A stretch of DNA of 64,000 nt from positions 45,137-109,136 of IMG/VR virus record IMGVR_UViG_3300020193_000005; one strand, 5' to 3'. The notes below the pieces were generated by a model. That model was not told the DNA's origin and ran no database searches. It saw nothing but the letters and a program-made list of their open reading frames with translations. Origin of the DNA: a virus. Below are positions 1 to 11,038 of this stretch, in pieces (within the stretch, counting starts at the first letter, position 1; the number at the start of each line of letters is the position of its first letter). Both the position numbers and the translations under genes were made by a program.

Positions 1-3000
1 AGAGACGACGAAAAGATCATCATGGAGAGCTTGGAGATCTCCAAGGACGAAGTCTTCGCTTACGTCACGCGACGTGGCGAGGACGAAATAATACTGGACA
101 TACGCAACGTCGTGGAGAGAACGGCGAAGAAACAACAGTTGCCACGGAAACCAAAGACGAGAATACCCTCCAAAAATAGGAACCTGACTCCCCCCGGCGA
201 CAGCGGAGCGATGAGTTCGCTAAGCAAGGAACAGATCGACGAAATGACGCAAAGATACAAAGACGGAGATTCCGTTCTGGAGTTGGCTAACGATTACTCA
301 GTAACCCAGGGCACCGTCTACTATCACCTGAGAAGAAAAGGCGTCGCCAGAAGGCCGGTCGGAAGGCGGAAAAAGCCCGGGGGATTTTCTGCCATAAAAC
401 GAAGATTGAAGGATTCCCTGGGACAAATCGGACTATTCGCCGCCTTCTCCAACGATCCGCAAAAAACTCTGAGATCTTCCAACCAAATGAAAACTTACTT
501 GCTTTCCGAACCCGTCCGAACACCGGACGACCTACATCCGGACGAGTTCGCATTGCGTCCGAATTTCGTTCGAGCCGCGATAGCCGCCGGATTGGGACTA
601 TTCAAGGCATTGAACCATAAAACCTTCAAAGTTCAGGGTCCGATAGCTAGGGAATTCACGGAACTAATGGTCGGACCCAAGATGGTCAACGACGCCATCG
701 GAACGACGTACCCGACGCTCCAGGAATTGGGGGAAATATTCGCGGCCAACGCAATCGTCAGGGCGCGAATCAGGTCTCTTTTCGGAATCAATGATCCGAC
801 CGCGCTCGCGTGGGCGATCCAATCGGGAGCTCCACTCCGCGAAGGCGGAGAGAGGATATTCGACATACCCGAATCGCCTCCGTACACAAGAAACCTGGTG
901 GGGGGTGGCTATGTCTATTTCGAGGGAATCGACAATAGAAGACCGTTCGTTCTATCGGTCATGGCGAATATGCCCGAAGCGGTGAGGAGCAAGTTGTACT
1001 GGGATAGTGACAAGATTCCGTGGAGCAAGAGAGACGTGCCCATAACTGTGGAGAAGGGGGAACTACCAGGCGGTAGGAAATACGAACGATCGCCCGTGGA
1101 CGAAGTTTTACCGCTTTTTGTTCCCGGTCACGATACGAGTCGATTGGATTTAATCAAGACGAATCACTCTTCGCCGGACGGAGCGAGGCTGGCCCAATAC
1201 GTGGAAATGGCGAAGGAAGAAATACGACAGTGGGCGGCGGATCACGACGAATGGGCCAGGAGATGGGCACAAAGCGTATATCGAATCATGAGCGAAGCTG
1301 GTCTGAGCGACGACGAAATAGCGGAAGTGATAAACAGGGACTGGTTGCAAAACATAACTTTCGGAATCGGAGATGCGGGAGACATATTGCAAAACGCCAT
1401 GTTTATGGCACTCCTTATGACGAGATCCAAGTTCGCCCCGGTGGTGCATCTAGAAAACGGATTTGACGATCCGAATTTGGCTCTTCATGAGTTCTTTCAC
1501 GTCCACCTCGGTCAAGGCTTCACGAGACACGGCGAGTACGTCGCCTTCAGGGGACCCGCGGAAGTTTACGACTCCTGGTATCCCCACACGCTATTCGCCT
1601 TAACCTTCAACAGCGCTTTTTGGCAAAACGTAGTGAAAGAGTCGGGAGGAACGGAAGAGCTCAGGAAAGAAATGCGAAAAGCCGTCGAAAAAATGCTCGC
1701 CCCGGAGTACGACTCGGACGTTCGTCTTCTTTTTGAGCTTTTCCCGGAATATCAGCGCGCCTCGGCGGAAATCAGAAAGAAACTCAACGAAATGATCATG
1801 GCGGAAATAATTGAGGACTTCGAAGACTCCACGGGATTCAGGAGGGTAGCGGGAATGCCCAGAGCAACCGAAATAATAAATGCTCCTGGTTTCAGGATTC
1901 CCAAAAGACTATGGCCGTGGGGTTCCAGCTACGGAGGCAAGGAAAGAATCGCCGACGTCCAGGGTAAAACATACGCGAAGTTCGAGGAGAGAATTTTCGG
2001 GGTTCCGGATCCGACGTCCGGCGACGGCGGGAATACGGGGAAAATGTCGCTGGAAAGAACTCCGAAATTCGACGGCGGTCACAGTAGTAGGGGAAGGGGA
2101 ACTCCGTTGGGTGACGGAAAGGACGTCGCAATGAGGGAGGTCGCCGACAGCGCGATCGTCGAGCTGGTCGGCAACCGAGGAAGTAGCTCGCTCACGACCC
2201 TAAGATTTCTCGGACCCTATAGGGCTGGAAGCAGGGTCGTGATGCTTGCGAGGAACGGCGAGTTACGTGGCGTGCCGTTGAAGAACGAAACCAGATCGGC
2301 GATAGCCAACGCCCAGAGGAACGGAGCGAGATTCGTCGTGGGGGACATGCCCGACGTGGATTCTCAGTTCGTGGACTTTTTGGAGGAGATCGGAGCCGAC
2401 TACACGATTTATCACGCCGGAAACTCCCCGAGATTCCGTCCCGGATCGAAAATCCCCGGGACGAACGCGGGAACATTGTCCGAGACGAGAGCCGGCGAAT
2501 CGGATTCTCCGAGTAGGTTGGAGACGATCGGAAGAAACTTGGCCACGGCGGCCGCCGAAGTGGTCGCCGCCGGTTTCGAAGTCAAGGTGTACGGAGGGCG
2601 ATCCGACTCCCAGTCTGGCTCGAATCCGATCGGCGGGATGCTCTCCGCCCTGAACAAAATGAGGGAAAACCCCGATGCTCCTACGGGAAGAAAATTGGCG
2701 GGGTTGACGATGATGATGAGCGCTATGGAAAAATACCTGACGGATTCAACGAACCAACGCCTAGTCGTCGTCTCGAGGGGAGATCGGGTCGTCGGGGCGT
2801 CGTTGATCAAATTCCCGGAAAAGGACTCCGTGGCCGAACTCAGATACGCCGGTTCGTTGTCTCCCGTGAGGGGGGTCGGTAGCGCCATGGTCGCCGAAAT
2901 CATGAGGCTCGCGGCGGACTCGGGCAGATCCATAATCGGAACTTCGTCTCAAGATTCGGTATCCTTTTGGAGAGGGGTCGGCGGGAAAGACGCCGATTGG

Positions 3001-3135
3001 GACGGTCCATATCGCGGAAATACGATATTTGAAATCGACGACGTGAGAAAGGTCGTCGCCGCGATAGACGCCCGTCGCAAGGAATTGAGAGCCCAAAAAC
3101 TACTAGGCACGACCGACGGGGGGAACCCTAGATGA
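1..3135 (+). CDS. Giant multidomain protein, 5'-truncated: HTH, HExxH zincin-like, SLOG/Rossmann-like and C-terminal GNAT acetyltransferase domains
   Basis: Frame is open from base 1. HTH (LELANDYSVTQGTVYYHLRR) follows DSGAMS at 199. HEFFH at 1486-1500. FVVGDMPDVD Rossmann-like segment follows NTGKMS at 2032. GNAT signature RGVGSAMVAEIMRLA...SVSFW at ~2755-2985. Confidence 0.75.
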   Translation, partial: RDDEKIIMESLEISKDEVFAYVTRRGEDEIILDIRNVVERTAKKQQLPRKPKTRIPSKNRNLTPPGDSGAMSSLSKEQIDEMTQRYKDGDSVLELANDYSVTQGTVYYHLRRKGVARRPVGRRKKPGGFSAIKRRLKDSLGQIGLFAAFSNDPQKTLRSSNQMKTYLLSEPVRTPDDLHPDEFALRPNFVRAAIAAGLGLFKALNHKTFKVQGPIAREFTELMVGPKMVNDAIGTTYPTLQELGEIFAANAIVRARIRSLFGINDPTALAWAIQSGAPLREGGERIFDIPESPPYTRNLVGGGYVYFEGIDNRRPFVLSVMANMPEAVRSKLYWDSDKIPWSKRDVPITVEKGELPGGRKYERSPVDEVLPLFVPGHDTSRLDLIKTNHSSPDGARLAQYVEMAKEEIRQWAADHDEWARRWAQSVYRIMSEAGLSDDEIAEVINRDWLQNITFGIGDAGDILQNAMFMALLMTRSKFAPVVHLENGFDDPNLALHEFFHVHLGQGFTRHGEYVAFRGPAEVYDSWYPHTLFALTFNSAFWQNVVKESGGTEELRKEMRKAVEKMLAPEYDSDVRLLFELFPEYQRASAEIRKKLNEMIMAEIIEDFEDSTGFRRVAGMPRATEIINAPGFRIPKRLWPWGSSYGGKERIADVQGKTYAKFEERIFGVPDPTSGDGGNTGKMSLERTPKFDGGHSSRGRGTPLGDGKDVAMREVADSAIVELVGNRGSSSLTTLRFLGPYRAGSRVVMLARNGELRGVPLKNETRSAIANAQRNGARFVVGDMPDVDSQFVDFLEEIGADYTIYHAGNSPRFRPGSKIPGTNAGTLSETRAGESDSPSRLETIGRNLATAAAEVVAAGFEVKVYGGRSDSQSGSNPIGGMLSALNKMRENPDAPTGRKLAGLTMMMSAMEKYLTDSTNQRLVVVSRGDRVVGASLIKFPEKDSVAELRYAGSLSPVRGVGSAMVAEIMRLAADSGRSIIGTSSQDSVSFWRGVGGKDADWDGPYRGNTIFEIDDVRKVVAAIDARRKELRAQKLLGTTDGGNPR

Positions 3136-3380
3136 AATCAGACGACAAGAAAATTGGACAACTTCCGTCCCTGGAATGGTTGGACGAGGCGGCCGACGGA
3201 GCGGATGTTCCGATCGTGAAGGTAGTTCCGGATCCCAGGCACAGGGAGGCCGCCCTAAGGGAGGCTTATGCGTTGCTCGGCGAGATGAAACCCTACTTTG
3301 AGGCGGTTCGGGAGGATTTTTTGTCCGAGTCCAATGCCGTCGGCAAGATGATCAAAGATCGTAAATATTCGGTTAGCTAA
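3132..3380 (+). CDS. Small hypothetical protein coupled to the upstream giant gene
   Basis: 82-aa ORF with ATGA start/stop overlap. Confidence 0.7.
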   Translation: MKSDDKKIGQLPSLEWLDEAADGADVPIVKVVPDPRHREAALREAYALLGEMKPYFEAVREDFLSESNAVGKMIKDRKYSVS

Positions 3381-3450
3381 GTTGATTATGTCTATAATTG
3401 TTGAAGTAGATCGCCAGAACCTCCCCCGCCAAGCAGAGGAACGACGCTAA

Positions 3451-6400
3451 ATGTCGCCGATATTCGAGAACATACCACCCAACTCAAAGGTGATAGCCAA
3501 GCACGGGTCGAAGGTCCTTTTCGGTCTTAGGAACGGGTCAACCGCCTTATACGATTCGAAAAGCGGATCCTTCAGGCGAGGGGACGACGCGGATTTGATG
3601 GCCATGGACGACTTTTCGTCGTCGCACAACGGCGAATGGGCGGACGACAGATTGAGGAGATTCGCCGCTTCTCGAAAAACCCTGAACCTGGGCTCCGATA
3701 TTTCCTTCAAGGTGGTTCAAAAGCCTAGAAAAAGTTCCTCCCGAGACGACGTCGCACAACCACAAGACCTGGCCAACATGCTCCCCAGGGAGTTCGTCAA
3801 CTGGGCCAGATCGTACGTTCCCGGGCAACGTTTACCGATCTCTCCCCCGGGTTACAGCGGAACCGATTCGTGTCTGGGTCAGAACGCCGGCGGTCGATCC
3901 TCCGCAAAAATGCCGAACGCCGACGAGTTGACTTCGATGATTCTGAGAACTTACGGTTTTCCGCAAACGGCGCCGGTCGACGCCACGAAGGAAATGCGCT
4001 CCGCTTACGAAAAGGGTCTCCTGGGCAGAACGATTAGGGAAATGGCGACCCCGAACATTCTCTCGATGGTCGCCGCGGCCAGGGGATTATGGGTTGACAG
4101 GTTGAACAAGATTCGCTGTTTGGGCGGACCCGCGGCGAACAGATTCACGAATATCTTCGGGGTCGGTTGCGACATTCCGTCGTCCCCGGCGGAATTGGCG
4201 CGCGACGCGGCTTCCGCGGCGAGAGAAGCGGCCGGAGACGCCTCTCGCGCCGTCGGCGAGGCAATGGAGAGAGTCGGAGAAGCGCGAGCCGGAGTGGGAA
4301 TAGCCAAAGAAAGAGTCGGCGAGACGATAGAAGCGACCGACGAGATTCCGGGCGATCTCTCCGTGACCAGAATGATCGGAGAGCTCCGACAGTCCGAACA
4401 AACGTTATTCGATACCGATACGGGACAAATGACCAGGCGCGCAGGGGGAAACCAACCGCTCCTCATCAACTCGGCGAACGCGGTCGCCGATGAGACGAAC
4501 AAGAAAGCCACGCGTCGCGTGCTTATTCACGAGGGCGCCCGCAGATGGATAAATTCCTGGGTCGAAAGACAAAAGGGCGAAGATCCGTCCAACCCCCTCG
4601 GCGTTATCAGATCGGCCATACGCAGACGCAGGAGTCGTCAACAGGCGACGACCACGGGAGCGCTGACGCCACAGCAGCTCAACGAGCAGGAAGTGAAGTT
4701 GTACGCACAGGGAGTGATTGAACTCATCAGACTAACGGATCCGGAGCTGGCGGACGAATTGAGCGAACCAAGCCATCTTTTGAACGACATCAACGATCCG
4801 GTCGCAGTGCGTAACGCAGGTAACCAAAATAGCAAAAACGTAATAGAAATGATGCTGACCGACGCCCTCGGCCCAGACGCCGGAAGGGACAGAGCGAAGC
4901 TACAGCGCTACGCGGCGAATTTATTCGCCATCTATCAGCCGTACATCGAAGATAGGCAAAATCATCCCGAATTGAAACAAACTCCCGTCAACTTTGCGCC
5001 GCAGAAAAATTTGTGGGAAACATCGAACGTCGTAGCTTTCTTTACGGTTCCGGGTTTCGGCGGAGGCAGAAATCAGCCTCTTAGCAACTACGTCGCCCCA
5101 ACGCCGACGAATCCAGGATATGCGGGTTCTGGGATGCTTGACCTTTTGGACAGGGGAGAGTTTCCCTTATTCGGAATGGGTTATCCGGGCAACAACGTCG
5201 TCGAGGCGGTAACGAGGAGCGGCGTAACCCCGCTGGACGGATACAAGCACACCACGGATTCGTTCTACAACAAAGTGGTCAAAAATATTGGATCAGGAAA
5301 CGCTCCGTTTCACGGCGTGTACCTTTTTGACTCGAGACTCATAACCGAGCCCGAAAGTTTGATGCGACTATTCGATTCCCCGGACGGACATTTGCCCGTT
5401 TCGGGTTTGTCGCCGGCGGCGGTCCTCCAGCACACCTTGGAACACGAACCCAAACACTTGGTCGCGTTTTCGCAGAGGTTGAGATCGAATCTCGGATACA
5501 CGGAAGCCGAATGGGCGGAAAGACTCGGAAGACAGTTCAAACTCGGGGGATCGGGATTGGAGGACTCGAGGTTCGGCGATCCCATTCTGGGAGAGAATCC
5601 GGATCACGTTTACGGACCGATAGATCTTTTTAGGGACGCTAGGAGCGGGACTTTCATTCGTAGGCAGGTGGACGAACTGATGATAGCGCTACGACATCCG
5701 GACTACGAGGGGGTGGTTTTGCCCGACGGCCTGCGGGGGTGGAAAAGTACGGATCCGGTCCTCAACGGAGCTCAAAAAATTGCGCTTCTATGGAAATTTT
5801 ACGCCAACAACATATCCTGGGATCGCACTACGGCCCAAAACGTCCAGAACTTATACGCGTTGAAAGCCGGCAAGCAAGCGGCGGCGCAACTCGTTGCGGA
5901 AATAGACGAATCGCTCAAGAGACGCGGGTTCGACGACGGCGTTCGGCGAATACTCCAGCAAGCGATCAGAGAAGATTTGATGTATTACGAAGACGGTCCC
6001 CTTGACCGAAGACGGATACTCGGTAGTTCCAGCGAAGACGCGTTGCATCAATCAATAAACGAAGCCGCCATCGACGCCGAGATAGCCCAACGAATCAGCG
6101 CGGGAACGCCCAATCCCGACAGAGATCAGGTAATAAACGATTTGATAGCGCAAGGAAGGGTGATTCCGCTCGGCAGTCGACCGGATCCCGGTCGACCAGT
6201 AACGGGGCCACTGTCGCAACACAATCGACTTTCGGGACAGAACAGGTTGACGGAAAAGCAAATAGTGCTGGCGCAGAATTTCGTCGGCGACGCCTACGCC
6301 ATGTCCTCGGCGATCGAGTTGGACGCCGAATTCAACACGGCCATTGCGCAACCCGATGCCCCGGAAAGAGTAAAACAATTTATCGCCGCTTACAGAGCAG

Positions 6401-9400
6401 TCGACCCGAACTTTACCGATAACGATTTTTACGACATCATAGAATTGATGGCCGGAAGAGAAGCCAGATACAGGTTGCAACATCCGAATCGGCCGAGTCC
6501 ACCTCGGGCATCGGCCGCGCCGAATAGAAATTTGATCGGTGCGCCACCCGCTCAAGCGCGACAGGCATCCCCGCCCCAGGCACCCCCTGCGCTGGGCGGA
6601 GGATTGGGTCCGGGCGGAACTCCGCCGCCACCCGGTGGTGGTGGTGGTGGTGGTGGTGGTGGTGGTGGTGGTGTTACGCCGTCGCCTGGAGGAGGCACGC
6701 CGTCGCCTGGTACGCCGTCGCCTGGTACGCCGTCGCCCGGAGGAGGCACGCCGTCGCCTGGTACGCCGTCGCCTGGGGGCGGTACGCCGTCGCCTGGTAC
6801 GCCCGCCAAAAAACCTCGCAAAAAAAGAACGCCGAAACCCAAGCCGGGCGCGCAAACTCCCCCCGCTTCGCCGACACCTGGCGGGCAAACTCCCCCCGCT
6901 TCGCCGACACCTGGCGGGCAAACTCCCCCCGCTTCGCCGACACCTGGCGCTACGCCGGCGACCCCTAATCAGTCGCCGCTGCCTCAAGGCGGATCACCCG
7001 TTCCGAGACCCAGACCCACGACTCAACGCCCGCCGCAGGCGAAGAGAACCGGTCCGAAACCTTCCTCAAAGGCGGATACAACTACGGTGCAGAAAGCCGG
7101 AGCCTTGTCTGCCGATATAGTACAAACGATAGCGGTCGGCGACCCGAACGATTCGCAGTGGTTGCAGAAATCTCTCGACTCGTTGGACTCCGACGATCAA
7201 GCCGCCTCGGATCATAGGGCAAGGGCCGTTCAGAAAGTCGATCGAGCGTTGGACGATGTTGTCGCGTGGGCGAACGGTCGGCTGCTGCCGAAACCGGTCG
7301 GAATCCATCCCCATTACCCCATACAAATAGTTGCCGGTCCGGACGACAACCCGGCCGTGCGAGAGCTTAGACAGTCGACCGGTCCAAAAGACTTGTTGGA
7401 CAGAATGGATCGACTCGGATACATCGTTCTCGATACCGAAACGGCGGGTCCCGACCTCGAGATTCACGGCGGAGCAATATTCCATTTCTACGCCAAAAAA
7501 AGAAATCCGGACGGCACCGTCGAGGAGCTTGATCTCTACATCAAACCGACCGTCACTCCGGCGATGCCAGTCGATCGCTATCCGGACGCTTTCGAAACCC
7601 TTCCCGACGGAACGAGGATAGCGCGACTCTCCGAGGAGTTGACGAGCGGTCCCCAAAAAATGCTCGACAGAGCCGAATACGACAGAGCCGTAAGCCAGGG
7701 AATCGACAGAACCGAAGCGGCGGCGAGAATAGCCGCGTTTTTGAATCCCGATATGCCGGTCGTGACGATGAACGGAAACAACTTCGATCTTCCGTTGCTG
7801 GACGAAATGCTCGACGAAGGCAGGGCGGCCGGAACCGTCGACAACGACTTCGGGCTTATCGATCTAGCCAGCGTCGACTTGTTGGCGATAGGTCACAACC
7901 TTCTTCGGGGTCGCCACGAACGTCACGATAGAAATCGCAAAGTTGCCGACTTGGCGAGACGTCTATATAACGGGGATAAGATCCCGAGCGGACCAGAACT
8001 AATCGGTCCGTGGATGACTTCCAAAATAGGATCTCCAAAAGGAAGCGTGGAAGGTTACAATCCCGCGACTGCGGATATAAAAGAATTTTGGTCGGAAGAC
8101 GGAGTCAAACACTTCGTAGAAACCCTTCCGGACGGGACGAAAATCAAGGGCGAGGCCATGACGATGCTCAAGACGAACAACAAATTGGACGCTCTCGCCA
8201 ACTACGCGGGAGTCCGCGCCCGCGCGACGCACGACGCCAAGGTGGACGTGGGCAAAACCGAAGAAACGATGAGAGCACTTCTCGAGCAAGGCGAAATACA
8301 AGGAATGAGCAAATACGCCTTCGATCACGAGGCGGCCGCCAAGGCCCAGGAGGCGCTCGGAATGGGCCCACCGCAGGGAGGAACCCTAGACAGGAAACGT
8401 CCGGGAGACGTAAGAAAAGCCAAGGGGACGGCGCAGAGACTCGCCGGTGGTCCGGGAACGAGATCGTCCCGGACGGACACCGATCTCGACTTGGAACAAG
8501 ACGAAAGAGTCGACGCGTTCGCTCCGTGGCCGGATGCCGCCTCGCGGACGGGAATGTCGGCTAACCCCAATCTCCAGGTCATCGAACCGCAAGACGGAAT
8601 GACCTCCGCGGAGAAAAATGAAATGACTACGTTGCTGGAAAAGCTCGAGGGATTGGATCAAATCAAGCAAGTAAGAAAAGCGACGAACCTCACCCCGGAG
8701 GAGAGACAACGACTAAAAATTCTCCTGACCAAAGCCGCGGACGCCTACAAAAAAGCGAAAACTCGCATCAGTGATTCGCAAGGAGATTTGACCGATGACG
8801 AAGGAATCCGAGCTTGGTTGGCCCAACTTGCGAAAATGGAAAAATTCATGAAGGAAAATCCGGATTTGTACAGCGAGGAGGCGATACAGCTGATGGTCGA
8901 CGGCGTCATCAACGGGGCGGGAAACCTAACCCCGGAATCGCTCGTGGCGATGGAAAGACGCGTGAACGATTTGATTACGAAGCTCGGATATCAGGGAGAA
9001 TTTTTTCAAGATATGGTCGCGGCTCATTTGTCCGTCGCGCTCGACAGGGCCGTGCGGGAAATGCGTCGCCGAAACCCGTCGCTTAGCGCGAACGAAATCC
9101 GCGAACTTCTAGGCATGGATCCCGACGATACTCCGTTGGTTGTGGCCATACTCGGCGACTCTGGGGCGATGCGATCGGCGCGAAGAATCGCCGGAACACG
9201 CAGAATCGACGATATCGCTCCAGACTCGGGGGCGATGCGATCGACGCCGGTAGTCGCCAGAAACCCCGACTCCTCCAGAAAGACGGCGGAAAAGACGGCG
9301 TCGATCCTGGGGAGAGCCGAATCCGTCGGGGTGGATATCGACAGACAAGAAAGAGAAGTAGTCCCCCGAATGGCTCAGAATAGAAAAAATGAGATTTTGA

Positions 9401-11034
9401 ATCCTCAAATACTGGAAAGAAACAAACAAGACATCATCCAGGGACAAAATTTGCCGGATCACGTTGACAAATTCGTCGATCGTGCGGTCGGCGAGGGGAA
9501 AACCGATTTAGAAATACTCCAAGATCCTATTTTGAAAAGCGCAAATTCCAAGGATAGCTACGGCAAGCGTTTGGGGTTGGCTAGGCGAATAGCTATCGCC
9601 CGCGGCGACGAGAAACTCGTCGAACAAATAGACGAGTTCGTGGACGAGTTGCAGCGTTTCACGCCCGAACAGTACAACTCGGCGCTAGAGGAGGCCGTCG
9701 AAAAATTCAATAGCCCGTTCGACGAGCGACCGGTAGTCCTCGTACAAAGCCCGCTGGAAATAGTTTCCTCCGGCAGATATCGGACCGTTCACGACGGGAT
9801 GTCTTCGCAGAACAACGAGAACCCCATGACCCGCGGAACGAACGTCCCGGAATTACGGAGGACAGCCGAGTCGATGACTTTGAACATTCCCTTCGAGGAC
9901 GACGAACAAATCAGGTCGCTCAGACCCGCGTCGGCGATGGTGGCGCAAAGAACATCCAGCGAGGCCAGAAACGCGAAACTGCGCGAAATTTACGGCGACG
10001 ACGTGGAGATCATGCACGACGGCCCCTCGATCGGGAAAGAAGCAAACTTGGAAATCACGGAGGGAACCAGCGCAGAACAAAAAGGGCAAGGGCGGCAGTA
10101 CGGATTCAGCTCCATCATTCTCCGCCCCGAAACGGCGAACAGAACGCTCGCCGTCGACGGGGACGTGATAAGCGATCAGGGCGAATCTGGCGGCAGAATC
10201 TCCGCCGCTGGCGCAAGACTGACGAATCTTTCCCGAAAAGGCGAAATCGCCTCGCTGTTCTTCGATCCGCTGGCGCTACTGTTCGAGGAGAGAACCGGAA
10301 GAAGGGACACCGTCGCCAGCGTAAGAAACAGTCAAAACAAAAGATACGTAGAGGGTATGGTTCTTGGGTCTTTCGAGGTTTCCGACATCGAATCGGTGGT
10401 GGCTAATCCGTTATACCTTCGCGGATCCGGCAAAATTTGGGATTTCGATAAGAAAAAAACGAACTTGGTCGGAGTTACTCCGCAGGCTAGTTTCACGAAC
10501 CTAATCGCCGCCGCCAGACAGCGCGAAGACCTGGTTGACCGGTACGGAATAGACGTGGTGATCGATTCGCCGTATCTGCCGTTGGACGAGGTCGAACCGT
10601 TCAACGCCCAAATGACCGAAACCTGGGTGGGCAGAAAAATCGCAAACGGGGATTGGACAGGGGTCACGAAGTCGGATCTCATAAAAAACAGACGAACCAC
10701 CCCGTACGAAGCGTTGTTGAGATATCGAAAAGTGTTGGCGGAACGAGAGGGAACAATGGGGCTTCCGATTTTTGATCACCCCGACAACGACTTCAGGGAC
10801 GAACCAGGACAAGTCAAAAATTTCGTCTCCATGATTGACGAAGAGTTGGCGAGAATCGGCGGGTTTGGCGGGGTTTCGGATTCGGGAGCGATGCGAAGCG
10901 CACGGGTAAAGATGCTCATTCAAAGAATAAAAATGGGACAAATGAGCGTAGGTGAAGCGGCCGAGCAACTGGGCGTATCGCCGTCGACCATTTACGCGTT
11001 GATGAGGAAGCCCGCCGAAGCGGTCGGGAGGTGA
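3451..11034 (+). CDS. Giant multidomain virion-associated protein (2527 aa): HExxH-like, Pro/Gly linker, DEDDh 3'-5' exonuclease, DUF3626/ART-like and C-terminal HTH domains
   Basis: SD GAGGA upstream. HEPKH at 5443. ExoI/II/III motifs VLDTET...NGNNFD...HDAKVD at ~7420-8250. QYG...RT...GD...YVEG segment at ~9750-10400. GEAAEQLGVSPSTIY HTH after DSGAMR at 10879. Confidence 0.8.
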   Translation: MSPIFENIPPNSKVIAKHGSKVLFGLRNGSTALYDSKSGSFRRGDDADLMAMDDFSSSHNGEWADDRLRRFAASRKTLNLGSDISFKVVQKPRKSSSRDDVAQPQDLANMLPREFVNWARSYVPGQRLPISPPGYSGTDSCLGQNAGGRSSAKMPNADELTSMILRTYGFPQTAPVDATKEMRSAYEKGLLGRTIREMATPNILSMVAAARGLWVDRLNKIRCLGGPAANRFTNIFGVGCDIPSSPAELARDAASAAREAAGDASRAVGEAMERVGEARAGVGIAKERVGETIEATDEIPGDLSVTRMIGELRQSEQTLFDTDTGQMTRRAGGNQPLLINSANAVADETNKKATRRVLIHEGARRWINSWVERQKGEDPSNPLGVIRSAIRRRRSRQQATTTGALTPQQLNEQEVKLYAQGVIELIRLTDPELADELSEPSHLLNDINDPVAVRNAGNQNSKNVIEMMLTDALGPDAGRDRAKLQRYAANLFAIYQPYIEDRQNHPELKQTPVNFAPQKNLWETSNVVAFFTVPGFGGGRNQPLSNYVAPTPTNPGYAGSGMLDLLDRGEFPLFGMGYPGNNVVEAVTRSGVTPLDGYKHTTDSFYNKVVKNIGSGNAPFHGVYLFDSRLITEPESLMRLFDSPDGHLPVSGLSPAAVLQHTLEHEPKHLVAFSQRLRSNLGYTEAEWAERLGRQFKLGGSGLEDSRFGDPILGENPDHVYGPIDLFRDARSGTFIRRQVDELMIALRHPDYEGVVLPDGLRGWKSTDPVLNGAQKIALLWKFYANNISWDRTTAQNVQNLYALKAGKQAAAQLVAEIDESLKRRGFDDGVRRILQQAIREDLMYYEDGPLDRRRILGSSSEDALHQSINEAAIDAEIAQRISAGTPNPDRDQVINDLIAQGRVIPLGSRPDPGRPVTGPLSQHNRLSGQNRLTEKQIVLAQNFVGDAYAMSSAIELDAEFNTAIAQPDAPERVKQFIAAYRAVDPNFTDNDFYDIIELMAGREARYRLQHPNRPSPPRASAAPNRNLIGAPPAQARQASPPQAPPALGGGLGPGGTPPPPGGGGGGGGGGGGGVTPSPGGGTPSPGTPSPGTPSPGGGTPSPGTPSPGGGTPSPGTPAKKPRKKRTPKPKPGAQTPPASPTPGGQTPPASPTPGGQTPPASPTPGATPATPNQSPLPQGGSPVPRPRPTTQRPPQAKRTGPKPSSKADTTTVQKAGALSADIVQTIAVGDPNDSQWLQKSLDSLDSDDQAASDHRARAVQKVDRALDDVVAWANGRLLPKPVGIHPHYPIQIVAGPDDNPAVRELRQSTGPKDLLDRMDRLGYIVLDTETAGPDLEIHGGAIFHFYAKKRNPDGTVEELDLYIKPTVTPAMPVDRYPDAFETLPDGTRIARLSEELTSGPQKMLDRAEYDRAVSQGIDRTEAAARIAAFLNPDMPVVTMNGNNFDLPLLDEMLDEGRAAGTVDNDFGLIDLASVDLLAIGHNLLRGRHERHDRNRKVADLARRLYNGDKIPSGPELIGPWMTSKIGSPKGSVEGYNPATADIKEFWSEDGVKHFVETLPDGTKIKGEAMTMLKTNNKLDALANYAGVRARATHDAKVDVGKTEETMRALLEQGEIQGMSKYAFDHEAAAKAQEALGMGPPQGGTLDRKRPGDVRKAKGTAQRLAGGPGTRSSRTDTDLDLEQDERVDAFAPWPDAASRTGMSANPNLQVIEPQDGMTSAEKNEMTTLLEKLEGLDQIKQVRKATNLTPEERQRLKILLTKAADAYKKAKTRISDSQGDLTDDEGIRAWLAQLAKMEKFMKENPDLYSEEAIQLMVDGVINGAGNLTPESLVAMERRVNDLITKLGYQGEFFQDMVAAHLSVALDRAVREMRRRNPSLSANEIRELLGMDPDDTPLVVAILGDSGAMRSARRIAGTRRIDDIAPDSGAMRSTPVVARNPDSSRKTAEKTASILGRAESVGVDIDRQEREVVPRMAQNRKNEILNPQILERNKQDIIQGQNLPDHVDKFVDRAVGEGKTDLEILQDPILKSANSKDSYGKRLGLARRIAIARGDEKLVEQIDEFVDELQRFTPEQYNSALEEAVEKFNSPFDERPVVLVQSPLEIVSSGRYRTVHDGMSSQNNENPMTRGTNVPELRRTAESMTLNIPFEDDEQIRSLRPASAMVAQRTSSEARNAKLREIYGDDVEIMHDGPSIGKEANLEITEGTSAEQKGQGRQYGFSSIILRPETANRTLAVDGDVISDQGESGGRISAAGARLTNLSRKGEIASLFFDPLALLFEERTGRRDTVASVRNSQNKRYVEGMVLGSFEVSDIESVVANPLYLRGSGKIWDFDKKKTNLVGVTPQASFTNLIAAARQREDLVDRYGIDVVIDSPYLPLDEVEPFNAQMTETWVGRKIANGDWTGVTKSDLIKNRRTTPYEALLRYRKVLAEREGTMGLPIFDHPDNDFRDEPGQVKNFVSMIDEELARIGGFGGVSDSGAMRSARVKMLIQRIKMGQMSVGEAAEQLGVSPSTIYALMRKPAEAVGR
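6634..6948 (+). repeat. In-frame low-complexity repeats: (GGT)13, GTPSP(GG) units, and three 33-bp QTPPASPTPGG units
   Basis: GGT x13 at 6634-6672; acgccgtcgcc units to ~6800; 33-bp repeats starting at 6853, 6886 and 6919. Confidence 0.95.
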
Positions 11035-11038
11035 CGAA

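Noticed and set aside
6052-7120. Long antisense and alternative-frame ORFs over the repeat region
   Set aside because: By-products of GC-rich triplet repeats
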